Source of the DNA: an uncultured Actinomycetes bacterium
GTDB lineage: Bacteria > Actinomycetota > UBA4738 > HRBIN12
Assembly: GCA_963704885.1 (NCBI GenBank)
Contig: CAVPIB010000008.1
Span: 1 to 64,000, forward strand
Direction of reading: 5' to 3'
Length of the DNA stretch: 64,000 nt
The position numbers and the translations under genes were made by a program. The notes below the pieces were generated by a model. It ran no database searches and had not been told where the DNA came from. It saw only the letters and a list, made by a program, of their open reading frames with translations. Shown here piece by piece: positions 7,681-17,411 of this stretch; the stretch's first letter is position 1; each line of letters opens with the position of its first letter.

Positions 7681-9708
7681 GTGTCTCGCTCCATGCGGCT
7701 CGGAGTTCCGGCATTGGTCGCCACCCTGGCGCTGATGTCGCTCGCGCCCGCGGAGGGGCAGGCCGCCGGGGTCACCGTCCACATCAACAAGATCGACGAG
7801 GGCTTCAACGCCCTGCCGGGCGCCACCATCACGCTCTACCGGGACGACCCGCCCGTTGGCGGCGGGCCGCCGAAGGGCGCCGAGGACACCGTCGTGATCG
7901 GCACGTGCACGACGGGCGCGAACGGACAGTGCGACATCACGAACGTCTCGGCCGGCGACTACTGGGTCTCGGAGACCACCACCCCATCCGGGTACGACCC
8001 GGCCGCGGACAGCCAGCTCAAGGTCAAGAAGAAGAACCGTGAGGTCACTCTCCAGAACATCAAGCAGGGGTCGAGCAGCCGCGTGAACGACCCGACGGGC
8101 GACACCGCGGTTGGGGATGGGACCAACATCTCGCAGTTCGCTCCCTACGTCGAGATCGGGAAGAACCACGTCCTTATCGTCTTCAACGACTCGACGGGGT
8201 TCGATCAAGCGGACGGAATCTCCGGGATCGGAGCCGCCCTCTCCAGCAACGGTGGCCGCGACTTCGTCGATCTGGGAGAGGTCCCGACCGGGGCGGCTTC
8301 GAACTACCTGCTCAGTGAGCCGACGGCCATCTACGACCGATCCAACGGGGCATTCCTCCTCGCTGCCGATTCGTTCGTGCTGGACGGGCAGGACGTGACC
8401 GCTCCGATCCTCGTGTTGCCGTTCGACCCTCTGAAGTCGGGGTTCGAGGAGCCGATCAACACCTTCCCCGGGATCCCGCTATACCCGGCAAATGCGCACA
8501 CCCCATCCTTCGCCCGGGATGACTTCCCGGGGAGCCCGCACCGTAACAATCTGTACCTGTCGTTCACGCTCTCGAACGGCTCGGGCGGGAGCGAAGGCAT
8601 GATCACGCGCTCGACGGACGGCGGACAGACCTGGTCGGTTCCGCTCTCGGTCACAGGGCCGGGCAACTTCGACTTCTTCGGCTCGACGGTCGATCGCTCT
8701 GGGTACGTGAACTCGAGGTGGGGTGACTACTCATCGGTCGACGTCTTCGACATCGAGTTCAGTCGGTCCGTCGACGGCGGCGAGACGTTCTCGCCGCCTG
8801 TCTCCGTAGCCTCGAACCTGCCGAGGAGCGGAACGTTCGGGAGCTGTGGCGGCTCGCCGCGCCGCGTCTACCTGGGGCAGATGCACGCCGCGGAGGCCCC
8901 CAGCATGGTCTTCGATCCCCATTCCCCGGATCGCGGCGTGATCGTCGCTACCGTCCACGGCGCGGGCCCCGACGAGGCGGACATCGTCGTCTCCAGCACC
9001 ACCGACGGAGGGAAGACCTGGTCGGCCACCGAGACTTTGTACCCGTCTGCGGGGGGCCAGTTCTATCCGACGGCTGCGATCACTCCGGACGGCCGGATCG
9101 GGATCGGGTTCTACCAGCAGGTCGAAGGGACGTCGCAGTTGAACGCCGCCATGTCCGTCCACGATGTGTTCTGGGAAGACCGATTCACCGCGGAGCTGAG
9201 AGGAACCTCGATCCTGAGCGAGGAGCCCTTCGCGCTCTCCCAGATGAACCCTCAGTTCGACTCCGCCTACAGCGATTGCTTCGGTGTGGAGGAGTTCGAT
9301 TTCGCGGCGCCCGGCTCCGGGTTCTCAGTGGCGTGGACGGATATGCGCGACCCTGGTCCGCTCGGCAACAACGGCGTGGACCCGAACATCTACTTCGAGG
9401 AGTTCGAGGGCTGGTCCGTCCCGACCGCGACGACGCTTGTCGTGAGGAAGGGTGCACGGAAGCTGAAGGTCAGAGGCGCGGTGAGCCCGTCACCCTACGC
9501 GCCCGTCTTGATGAACGTGCGCCTGCTGGTCGACACGGGTGGCGGTTTCGTGAAGGTCGATCGCGTGCGACCTCGGCTGAACGACGCGGGAAGGTACAGG
9601 GCGAGGCTCGATCGCGTGCAGGACGACACCTGGTGCATGATCGTCGCGAAGTTCCGCGGCTCCGACGGCCGTCTGCCCAGTACGGCCAGCAAGACGTTCC
9701 GCTGCTGA
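7681..9708 (+). CDS. Secreted protein with SpaA/prealbumin-like domain and BNR/Asp-box (sialidase-like) propeller
   Basis: Signal peptide; L.GA...LY...TTGANG...GDYWVSETTTPSGY; Asp-boxes SSNGGRDF, STDGGQTW, SVDGGETF, TTDGGKTW. Confidence 0.85.
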   Translation: MSRSMRLGVPALVATLALMSLAPAEGQAAGVTVHINKIDEGFNALPGATITLYRDDPPVGGGPPKGAEDTVVIGTCTTGANGQCDITNVSAGDYWVSETTTPSGYDPAADSQLKVKKKNREVTLQNIKQGSSSRVNDPTGDTAVGDGTNISQFAPYVEIGKNHVLIVFNDSTGFDQADGISGIGAALSSNGGRDFVDLGEVPTGAASNYLLSEPTAIYDRSNGAFLLAADSFVLDGQDVTAPILVLPFDPLKSGFEEPINTFPGIPLYPANAHTPSFARDDFPGSPHRNNLYLSFTLSNGSGGSEGMITRSTDGGQTWSVPLSVTGPGNFDFFGSTVDRSGYVNSRWGDYSSVDVFDIEFSRSVDGGETFSPPVSVASNLPRSGTFGSCGGSPRRVYLGQMHAAEAPSMVFDPHSPDRGVIVATVHGAGPDEADIVVSSTTDGGKTWSATETLYPSAGGQFYPTAAITPDGRIGIGFYQQVEGTSQLNAAMSVHDVFWEDRFTAELRGTSILSEEPFALSQMNPQFDSAYSDCFGVEEFDFAAPGSGFSVAWTDMRDPGPLGNNGVDPNIYFEEFEGWSVPTATTLVVRKGARKLKVRGAVSPSPYAPVLMNVRLLVDTGGGFVKVDRVRPRLNDAGRYRARLDRVQDDTWCMIVAKFRGSDGRLPSTASKTFRC

Positions 9709-9728
9709 GCGTCGGTAGACTCCGCTCC

Positions 9729-10949
9729 ATGAGGATCCTGGTCGTCGGCGCAGGCGGTGTCGGCTCCGCTTTCGCGCCGATCGCGGCCCGGCGTGACTTC
9801 TACGAGCACATCGTGTTCGCCGACATCGACGAGTCGAAGGCGCGCTCAGTCGTGGATCGGTACGACCAAGGGGGCAGGTTCTCGGCTGCCCGGATCGACG
9901 CGACCGACGCCACGCAGATCGCGGACTGCGCGAGGTCCAACGGTTGCGACGCCATCCTCAACGCGGCCGACCCGCGCTTCGTGATGCCGATCTTCAGCGG
10001 AGCTCTGGAGGTGGGTGCAACTTACCTGGACATGGCGATGTCACTTTCGGAGCCCCACCCTGAGGAGCCTCACCAGCAGACGGGCAAGAAGCTCGGCGAT
10101 GATCAGTTCGCGATCGCCGATGTCTGGGAGAACCGGGGACAGCTCGCGCTGGTCGGCGTTGGCGTGGAGCCGGGCGCCGCGGATGTGTTCGCGCGTTACG
10201 CTTCGGACCAGCTGTTCACCTCGATCGACGAGATCGGTGTCCGCGACGGGGCCGACATCCAGATCGAGGGTCACGTGTTCGCGCCGACGTTCTCGATCTG
10301 GACGACGATCGAGGAGTGCCTTAACCCACCGGTCATCTGGGAGAAGGAGCGAGGCTGGTTCACGACGGAGCCGTTCAGCCAGCCCGAGGTGTTCGACTTC
10401 CCGGAAGGGATCGGGCCTGTCGAGTGCGTGAACGTCGAGCACGAGGAGGTCCTGCTCGTGCCGCGTTGGATCGACTGCAAGCGCGTGACGTTCAAGTACG
10501 GCCTGGGCGACGAGGTGATCGGCGTGCTCAAGACCCTGCAGAAGCTGGGTCTGGACAAAACGTCGCCCGTTCGCGTGCGAGGAGGCGAGGTTTCTCCTCG
10601 TGACGTCGTGGCCGCATGCCTTCCGGACCCCGCGAAGCTGGGCGATGTCATGACCGGCAAGACGTGTGCCGGCACGTGGGTCACGGGTACGGGCAAGGAT
10701 GGGAGTCCGCGTGAGGTCTACCTGTATCACGTGGTCGACACCGAGGAGACATGGGCGCGCGACGGCGCGCAGGCCGTGGTCTGGCAGACGGCGATCAACC
10801 CGGTGATCGCCCTGGAGCTGATCGCTAACGGCACCTGGTCTGGCGCCGGGGTCCTGGCCCCAGAGGCGTTCGAACCGCAGCCGTTCCTGGATCTGCTGAC
10901 GGAGTACGGATCGCCGTGGGGCATGCAGGAGCGAACACCCGCGGGCTGA
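9729..10949 (+). CDS. Saccharopine dehydrogenase / carboxy(nor)spermidine dehydrogenase-like oxidoreductase
   Basis: ILVVGAGGVG Rossmann motif; YLDMA; GVEPG; NVEHEE; TAGACT 7 nt before the ATG. Confidence 0.9.
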   Translation: MRILVVGAGGVGSAFAPIAARRDFYEHIVFADIDESKARSVVDRYDQGGRFSAARIDATDATQIADCARSNGCDAILNAADPRFVMPIFSGALEVGATYLDMAMSLSEPHPEEPHQQTGKKLGDDQFAIADVWENRGQLALVGVGVEPGAADVFARYASDQLFTSIDEIGVRDGADIQIEGHVFAPTFSIWTTIEECLNPPVIWEKERGWFTTEPFSQPEVFDFPEGIGPVECVNVEHEEVLLVPRWIDCKRVTFKYGLGDEVIGVLKTLQKLGLDKTSPVRVRGGEVSPRDVVAACLPDPAKLGDVMTGKTCAGTWVTGTGKDGSPREVYLYHVVDTEETWARDGAQAVVWQTAINPVIALELIANGTWSGAGVLAPEAFEPQPFLDLLTEYGSPWGMQERTPAG

Positions 10950-10954
10950 CCGCC

Positions 10955-11350
10955 CTAGACGATCACGACCTCCAGGCCCGGGATGCGATCGAAGTCGTGG
11001 TCGCGCGTGTAGACCGGGATGTCGTGAACGATGGCGGTCGCCGCGATCAACCCGTCCACCACGTGTGGCCGGCTCGCGAGCCGCTGGGTGATGGCCGCGA
11101 TCTCGCCGTACTTCACCGCTGTCCTGCGATCGATCGGGAGCGCCATGTAGAGCTCTTCCACCAGCGCCAGTCGGGCTACGCGACGCGACCGGATGGCGGC
11201 GGTTCGAGCGGTGACCGCGCCTCGATGGAGCTCGGCGATGCTCATCACCGATACGCCATAGATGCCGGGCAGCCTCAGGCCTTCTTCGGTCTCGGCGATC
11301 AGCACCGACGTGTCGAGGATGGCGTCAACGGTCAGCGCTTCGGCTCCCAA
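10955..11350 (-). CDS. vapC: VapC PIN-domain toxin
   Basis: ILDTSVLI, SIAEL, DGLIAATA, TRDHDF PIN acidic motifs; start codon uncertain. Confidence 0.93.
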   Translation of the reverse strand: MGAEALTVDAILDTSVLIAETEEGLRLPGIYGVSVMSIAELHRGAVTARTAAIRSRRVARLALVEELYMALPIDRRTAVKYGEIAAITQRLASRPHVVDGLIAATAIVHDIPVYTRDHDFDRIPGLEVVIV

Positions 11351-11607
11351 GGGTCATCGTCTTCTATCAGGCCTTCGATCCGCGCATCCTCGGCATACCC
11401 GGCGTCGACCGGGGTCTCCGCGATGATCCTCAACAGCTCGGAACCAGGGACCCAGGTCCGGCGGCGGCCGACCGGAACAAGATCGGCGACCGGGCGGCCG
11501 TCGACGGTCACGCGGATGGTCTTGCCCTCTTCCTCCACCTCGCGCAGAACCCTCCCGATGTGGTTGCGCAGCTCACGCTGGGGGATCGTACGATCAGGCT
11601 CAGACAT
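11332..11607 (-). CDS. Phd/YefM-family antitoxin
   Basis: IPQRELRNHIGRVLREVEE.G..I.VTVDGRPVADLVP; overlaps the toxin gene. Confidence 0.92.
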   Translation of the reverse strand: MSEPDRTIPQRELRNHIGRVLREVEEEGKTIRVTVDGRPVADLVPVGRRRTWVPGSELLRIIAETPVDAGYAEDARIEGLIEDDDPWEPKR

Positions 11608-11632
11608 GCTACGAGCGTAGCACTTCGTAGCA
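11607..11632. promoter_or_regulatory. Putative TA autoregulatory operator overlapping the -10
   Basis: Palindrome TGCTACG-AG-CGTAGCA (11607-11622) plus a third half-site CGTAGCA (11626-11632). Confidence 0.7.
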
Positions 11633-11863
11633 CGCCGGCGCTCAGGTGTCCCTGCGCCAGATCGATGCCTCTTCGAGACAACAGCGAGGGCAGATCATCA
11701 CGCTGGAGCGTTTCCGCGCCACGGTCCAGGCAGCGGAGGGCACCCCCACGACCTGGGGTGAGATGCCCGAACGGGCATCCCTGCGAGCTAAGGTCAGCGA
11801 TCCACGCGGCCAAGCCCCTGCCCGGGCTGAGCGCGCGGTCGCGTTCGTTACCATGCACGGACC

Positions 11864-14318
11864 ATGCGCAGGTACGACGCTTCCGAGATCGAGCCGAAGT
11901 GGCAGCGGGTGTGGGAGGAGGAGGGCCTCTACCGAGCCTCCGACGATCCGGACGACCCGCGCCCGCGCTTCTACGCGCTCGACATGTTCCCCTACCCCTC
12001 CGGCGACCTGCACATGGGCCATGCGGAGGCGTTCAGTGGCGGGGACGCCGTGGCTCGTTTCCGCGCGTTGCAGGGCTACAACGTCATGCACCCGATCGGG
12101 TGGGACTCGTTCGGTCTGAACGCTGAGAACGCGGCGATCAAACGTCAGATCCATCCCAAGGAATGGACCTACGCCAACATCGATCAGCAGGCGGCGTCGT
12201 TCAAGCGGATGGGGATGTCGTTCGACTGGTCCCGGATGCTGCGGACGAGCGACCCCGAGTACTACCGGTGGACCCAGTGGCTGTTCCTGAGGTTCTTCGA
12301 GCGCGGCCTGACGTACAGGAAGAACGCTCCCGTCAACTGGTGCCCGAAGGACCAGACGGTCCTGGCGAACGAGCAGGTGATCCAGGGTGCGTGTGAACGC
12401 TGCGGGACGCCGGTCGAGCGCCGCGATCTGACGCAGTGGTTCTACAAGATCACCGACTACGCGCAGCGGCTGCTGGACGACATCGACACGCTGGTCGAGT
12501 GGCCCGAGCGCGTCCTGACCATGCAGCGGAACTGGATCGGCCGCAGCGAGGGTGCATACGTCACGTTCAAGATCGAGGAGACCGGCGACGAGGTCAGGAT
12601 CTTCACCACCCGACCGGACACGCTCTGGGGCGTCACCTTCTTCGTGTTCGCAGTGGAGCACCCGCTGGTGCAGAAGTTGGCAGAGCTGGGCGGCACCTGG
12701 GAGGAGGTTCGGCCGCTGATCGACGAGGTTCGCGCCACGCCGCTTACCCACCGCGAGCAGGCCGACACCAAGGAGGGCGTGGCGCTCGGCGTTCACGCGG
12801 TGAACCCGGTGAACGGCGAGAGGGTGCCGTGCTATGTGGCGCCCTACGTTCTGATGGAGTATGGAACGGGCGCGATCATGGCCGTGCCCGGTCACGACGA
12901 GCGCGACTTCGCGTTCGCGCGCGAGCACGGCTTGCCGGTCCGAGTGGTGATCCAGCCCGACGGCGTCGAGGCCCTCGATGGCGACACCATGCCCGACGCC
13001 TACCCGGGCGAGGGCTCCATGGTCAACTCCGGACCCTTCGACGGTGAACGCACGCCCGACTCGATCGCGAAGGTGGCTGCGTGGCTGGCCGACGAGGACC
13101 GGGGCGAGGCGGCGGTGACGTTCCGGCTGCGCGACTGGCTCCTCAGCCGTCAGCGCTACTGGGGCGCGCCGATCCCCATCGTCCATTGCGAGGTATGCGG
13201 CGAGGTCGCGGTGCCCGACGCCGACCTGCCTGTGCTGCTGCCGGACGACGTCGACTTCCAGCCCGGGGGAGAGTCGCCGCTGGCGCGACATCCGTCTTGG
13301 TCCAAGGTCGTCGTGTCCGAACTGCGGTCGCGACGCGCGGCGCGACACCGACACCATGGACACGTTCGTCGACTCGTCTTGGTACCTCTTCCGGTACTGC
13401 TCGCCCGGGTACGAGGAAGGGCCGTTCCGGCGCGAGGACGTCGATCGGTGGATGCCGGTCAGCCAGTACACCGGCGGGGTGGAGCACGCGATCCTGCACC
13501 TGCTCTACACGCGCTTCTTCACCAAGGTGCTGTTCGACATGGGCCTGGTGGGATTCACGGAACCCTTCCCCCGCATGATGAACCAGGGTCAGGTGATCTT
13601 CGGCGGAGCCTCCATGTCCAAGACGTTGGGGAACATCGTGGAGCCCATGCCCATGGTCGAGCGATGGGGCGCCGACACAGTGCGCCTGATCATGCTGTTC
13701 GCGGGGCCGTTCGAGGACGACATCGACTGGAAGCTGATCGCCGGCGATCCCGACAAGCGGCCGGGCGTGACGGCGTGGCTGGGGAGGGTGTTCGCGGTGA
13801 TGGACGAGTTGGTCGCGCGGGGCACCGATGTCGAGGAGTCGTCGTCGCTACGACGGCTGACCCATCGCACCATCAAAGGGGTGACGGAGGATCTTGAGCG
13901 GTACCGCTTCAACACCGCCATCTCCAAACTGCAGGTCCTGACGAACGAGATGCGGGCGTCGCTCGACGCGGGGGGCGGTGCGATGGGGGCGGCGAGCGTG
14001 CTCCCGCAGCTCCTGGCGCCGTTCGCGCCGTACGCGGCCGAGGAGCTCTGGCGGGAGGTCCTGGGCAACTCTTCATCGGTCCACGTCTCGTCGTGGCCGG
14101 GATTCGACGCCGATCTGGCGGCCGAGGACACCATGACTCTGATCGTCCAGGTCGACGGCAAGCTGCGCGACAAGGTCGAGGTGCCGGCCGACGCTTCGGA
14201 GGAGACGTGCCTGGAGCTCGCGCGCGGATCCGAGAGCGCGATGCGAGCGATCGCCGGCCGCCAGGTCGCGAAGGAGATCGTTCGCGCGCCGAAGCTCGTC
14301 AACTTCGTCACCGGCTGA
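11864..14318 (+). CDS. leuS: Leucine--tRNA ligase, with an apparent +1 frameshift at about 13310-13313
   Basis: [13 protein letters not shown] (HIGH), FTTRPDTL and [12 protein letters not shown] editing motifs, SRQRYWG, CPNCG...DTDTMDTF after the frame change, SMSKT (KMSKS variant). Confidence 0.96.
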
Positions 14319-14331
14319 AGTTCGCCGTGGG

Positions 14332-14347
14332 CGTGACCTCGGTCACG
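14332..14347. promoter_or_regulatory. CRP/GlxR-like palindromic site upstream of comEA
   Basis: CGTGA-CCTCGG-TCACG; -10 TACGGT at 14369-14374. Confidence 0.6.
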
Positions 14348-14381
14348 GTAACGAAGCACGCAGGCGCATACGGTCGCGCCC

Positions 14382-15002
14382 ATGTCGGTTCGCGAGCGGC
14401 TGGATGGTCTCTCACGAGGTGAGCTCACCGGGCTGATCGTGGTCCTGGTGATCACGCTGGGCGGAGCTGGGCTGTGGTACATGCGCTCCCTGCCCAAACC
14501 CATCCAGCTCGCGGAGTCCCCGGGCGGGGGCACGGCGGAAGAGGTCGGGGTTGAGTCGCCCGGCGCCTCGCCCTCCGCAGCGTCCGTGATCGTCGACGTG
14601 GCCGGGTGGGTGAAGCAACCGGGCGTCTACGAGCTGTCGGCCGGCGACCGCGTGATCGACGCCATCCAACGGGCGGGCGGCGCCCGCAAGGGCGCGGAGC
14701 TGTCCGCGCTCAACCTGGCGGCGCCGCTCATCGACGGGAGCCAGATCCTGGTGCCGAAGGCCGGCGCGGCCCCCGGAGCGCCCGGGTCGGGAACGGCGCC
14801 CGGTGGGACCGCTCTGATCAACGTCAACACGGCCAGCGCCACCGAGCTGGAGGCGCTCCCCGGGATCGGTGAGGTCCTTGCCGCCACCATCGTGCAGTAC
14901 CGGACCGAGAACGGGCCGTTCGCCTCCGTGGATCAGCTGGAGGACGTGAGCGGCATAGGGCCGGCGACGCTGGAAGACATCCGCGACCTCGTCACGGTGT
15001 GA
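14382..15002 (+). CDS. comEA: Competence DNA receptor ComEA
   Basis: TM anchor, SLBB domain (VDVAGWVKQPGVY...RVIDAI..AGG), HhH INVNTA...LPGIG. Confidence 0.96.
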   Translation: MSVRERLDGLSRGELTGLIVVLVITLGGAGLWYMRSLPKPIQLAESPGGGTAEEVGVESPGASPSAASVIVDVAGWVKQPGVYELSAGDRVIDAIQRAGGARKGAELSALNLAAPLIDGSQILVPKAGAAPGAPGSGTAPGGTALINVNTASATELEALPGIGEVLAATIVQYRTENGPFASVDQLEDVSGIGPATLEDIRDLVTV

Positions 15003-15017
15003 ACCGGCGGTGATCCG

Positions 15018-17411
15018 TTGAACGGCTGGATCGCGCCTGTTGCGGCGGCGGCCTTCTGGGCGGGTCTGTTGCAGTGGGCGTCGATCCGGTCGTGGGCCTC
15101 GCCATGGATGGCGCTCGCTGTCGGCGCAGCGGCTCTTGTCGGCGCCTGGTTGGCAACGCCGCCGCAGGTGCAGCCGGGAGCCGCCGGCCCTTTAGAGCGG
15201 AGCGGGCTCGTGGCGCCGCAGCCTGCTGCCGCGGCGGCGCTCGCCGCACCTACCGCCGACCCTCGCCGAGCGAAGTGGCCGGCTGTTGCACTCGCCGTTC
15301 CCGGGCTCATCGCGCTCGGCGTTGGGTGGGGTGGGGTCCGAGATGCGCGGATCGACGCGTCGATGCTCGCCCGTCTCCCGCCGGGTGGGGTGACGGCGAC
15401 CGGAACGCTCCGAGCGGACCCCGGCACGTCGTCGTTCGGCTGGTCGGCTGTCATGGACGTGGTCGAGGTGCGGTGGACCGGGGGAGCGGCCTCGATCCAT
15501 GAGCCGCTGTGGGTGAACGGCGACGGCGATCCACCTTCCGCCGTCAGGGGCGACCTGATCCGGATCGAGGGTGGGCTCCGGGTGCCCGACGATCCGGGGT
15601 TTGCCGAGTCGCTTCGCCGGCGAGGGATCGCGGTCTCGCTCTCGGCGTCGGAGGTGGCCCGGCTCGGTCCGTCGCCGAGCGCGTTCGTCCGCATGACGCA
15701 GGTGGTCCGGGGTTTCGTCGGCCGTTCCATCTCAAGGCTGTTCCCCCCGAAGGAGGCAGGGCTGCTGCTCGGACTGGTCCTGGGCGACGACTCGCAGCTG
15801 GACCCCGGGCTCGCGCGCGATTTCCATGCCTCGGGCCTGGGGCACCTATTGGTGGTGTCCGGTGAGAACGTCGCCATGGTGATGGCGCCGATCCTGGCGC
15901 TGGCCGCGCTCCTGGGCCTCACCCGATGGCCGCGGTTCCTCCTGTGCCTCGGAGTGGTGGTGTTCTTCGTGGTGCTGACGGGCGGCGAGCCCTCGGTCAT
16001 GCGCGCCGGCGTGATGGCGACGATCGCGCTGATCGGCACGCTGATGGGGCGCCCGCGGGATGCGGGTTCGGTTCTTGCGGCGGCGGTCCTCGCGCTGATC
16101 GTCCTGGATCCCGGGCTCGTCTGGGAGATCGGGTTCCAGCTCTCGGTCGTCGCGACCGCGGGGATGGTGGCGCTCGCGACGCCGATCGCCCAGCATCTGC
16201 GGTTCGTGCCCCGGCCCGTGGGGCTGGCCGCCGGGGCCACGCTCGCGGCGCAGCTGGCCGTCACACCGATCCTGTTGTTCCACTTCCATGCCGTTCCTGG
16301 CGTCTCGGTTCCGGCCAACCTCTTGGCGTTCCCCGCCGTCTCACCCGCGCTCCTGTTGGGGATCGCGGCGGCCGGGTTCGGGCTGGTCCTGATGCCGGTG
16401 GGTCGGCTCGTGGCGTTCTTGGCACTCGTGCCGATGCGCTATCTGGAGATGGTCGCCGACCGGTTGGCGAAAGCCCCCATCGCGTCGGTCACCTCCTGGG
16501 CCGGGATCCCGGTGTTGGTGGTCGGCTTCGCGGTCGTGATCGGCGTGGCCTGGTGGATGCGAACAGGCCGTCGGCTTCCCCGGCCCGTCCTCACGGCGAT
16601 CGTCGCGGCCCTGCCCTTCCTGGTCTGGTCCACGGCTCTGAGCGTAGGTCCGCCCACCGGGCTGGTCGTGCGCTTCTTCGACGTTGGACAGGGTGATTCG
16701 GCGCTGATCAGCACTCCGGAAGGCGCCAACGTGCTGGTCGACGGCGGCCCCGACGAGGAGCAGGTCGCGACCGAGCTCGCGGCGCTTGGCGTCAAGCGGC
16801 TCGACCTGGTCGTTGCCAGCCACCCGCACGCCGACCACATCGTGGGTCTGCCGGCCGTTCTCGCGCGCATCCCCGTGGGGATGCTCCTGCAGCCGGACTG
16901 CGGGGAGACCTCGTCGATCCAGGCCGACCTGGATCGAGCCATCCGGGACGAGAGGATCCCCGAGCGACACCCGGTGGCCGGCGACATGTTCACCGTGGGC
17001 GAACTCCGCCTCGAAGTCTTGTCTCCCGACCGTTGCTGGAGCGGGACGGAGTCCGACACGAACAACGATGCGATCGTGCTCCTCGTCTCCTACCGGAAGG
17101 ACGCCGTCCTGTTCGCGACCGAGCCCGAAGAGCCCGCCCAGGAGTGGCTCCTGGAGTCCGGTGCGTCGTTGGATGCCGAGCTCTTGAAGGTGCCCCATCA
17201 CGGAGCCGCGACATCGATCCCCGAGTTCTTCCAGACGGTGGGCGCCGAAGTGGCGGTCGTGAGCGTCGGCGAGAACACCTACGGTCATCCGGTCCCCGGG
17301 ACCCTGGAGGCGATCCGGGCCGCGGGCGCGCAGGTCTGGAGAACCGACCAGCACGGCGACATCATCGTGACCTTCGGGAGTCAGGGGATCTCTGTACGAT
17401 CCGATCGATGA
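15018..17411 (+). CDS. comEC: DNA uptake channel ComEC/Rec2 with MBL domain
   Basis: HLLVVSGEN, PSVMRA, GFQLS, FDVGQGD, SHPHADH, KVPHHG, NTYGHP, RTDQHG. Confidence 0.96.
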   Translation: MNGWIAPVAAAAFWAGLLQWASIRSWASPWMALAVGAAALVGAWLATPPQVQPGAAGPLERSGLVAPQPAAAAALAAPTADPRRAKWPAVALAVPGLIALGVGWGGVRDARIDASMLARLPPGGVTATGTLRADPGTSSFGWSAVMDVVEVRWTGGAASIHEPLWVNGDGDPPSAVRGDLIRIEGGLRVPDDPGFAESLRRRGIAVSLSASEVARLGPSPSAFVRMTQVVRGFVGRSISRLFPPKEAGLLLGLVLGDDSQLDPGLARDFHASGLGHLLVVSGENVAMVMAPILALAALLGLTRWPRFLLCLGVVVFFVVLTGGEPSVMRAGVMATIALIGTLMGRPRDAGSVLAAAVLALIVLDPGLVWEIGFQLSVVATAGMVALATPIAQHLRFVPRPVGLAAGATLAAQLAVTPILLFHFHAVPGVSVPANLLAFPAVSPALLLGIAAAGFGLVLMPVGRLVAFLALVPMRYLEMVADRLAKAPIASVTSWAGIPVLVVGFAVVIGVAWWMRTGRRLPRPVLTAIVAALPFLVWSTALSVGPPTGLVVRFFDVGQGDSALISTPEGANVLVDGGPDEEQVATELAALGVKRLDLVVASHPHADHIVGLPAVLARIPVGMLLQPDCGETSSIQADLDRAIRDERIPERHPVAGDMFTVGELRLEVLSPDRCWSGTESDTNNDAIVLLVSYRKDAVLFATEPEEPAQEWLLESGASLDAELLKVPHHGAATSIPEFFQTVGAEVAVVSVGENTYGHPVPGTLEAIRAAGAQVWRTDQHGDIIVTFGSQGISVRSDR

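Noticed and set aside
9276-9728. N-terminal extensions in the ORF track (9276, 17033, 18435, 20357, 32847, 37959, 38549, 40289, 41661)
   Set aside because: They overlap upstream genes or intergenic DNA; family motifs and start signals begin at the downstream starts reported
11640-11860. T-box leader or small gene upstream of leuS
   Set aside because: No T-box consensus or terminator seen, leuS has a -10 close to its ATG, and the ORF at 11646 has no recognisable motif and runs out of frame into leuS
11864-14318. leuS as a true pseudogene
   Set aside because: Essential gene, all motifs intact, single indel; similar indels elsewhere point to consensus error
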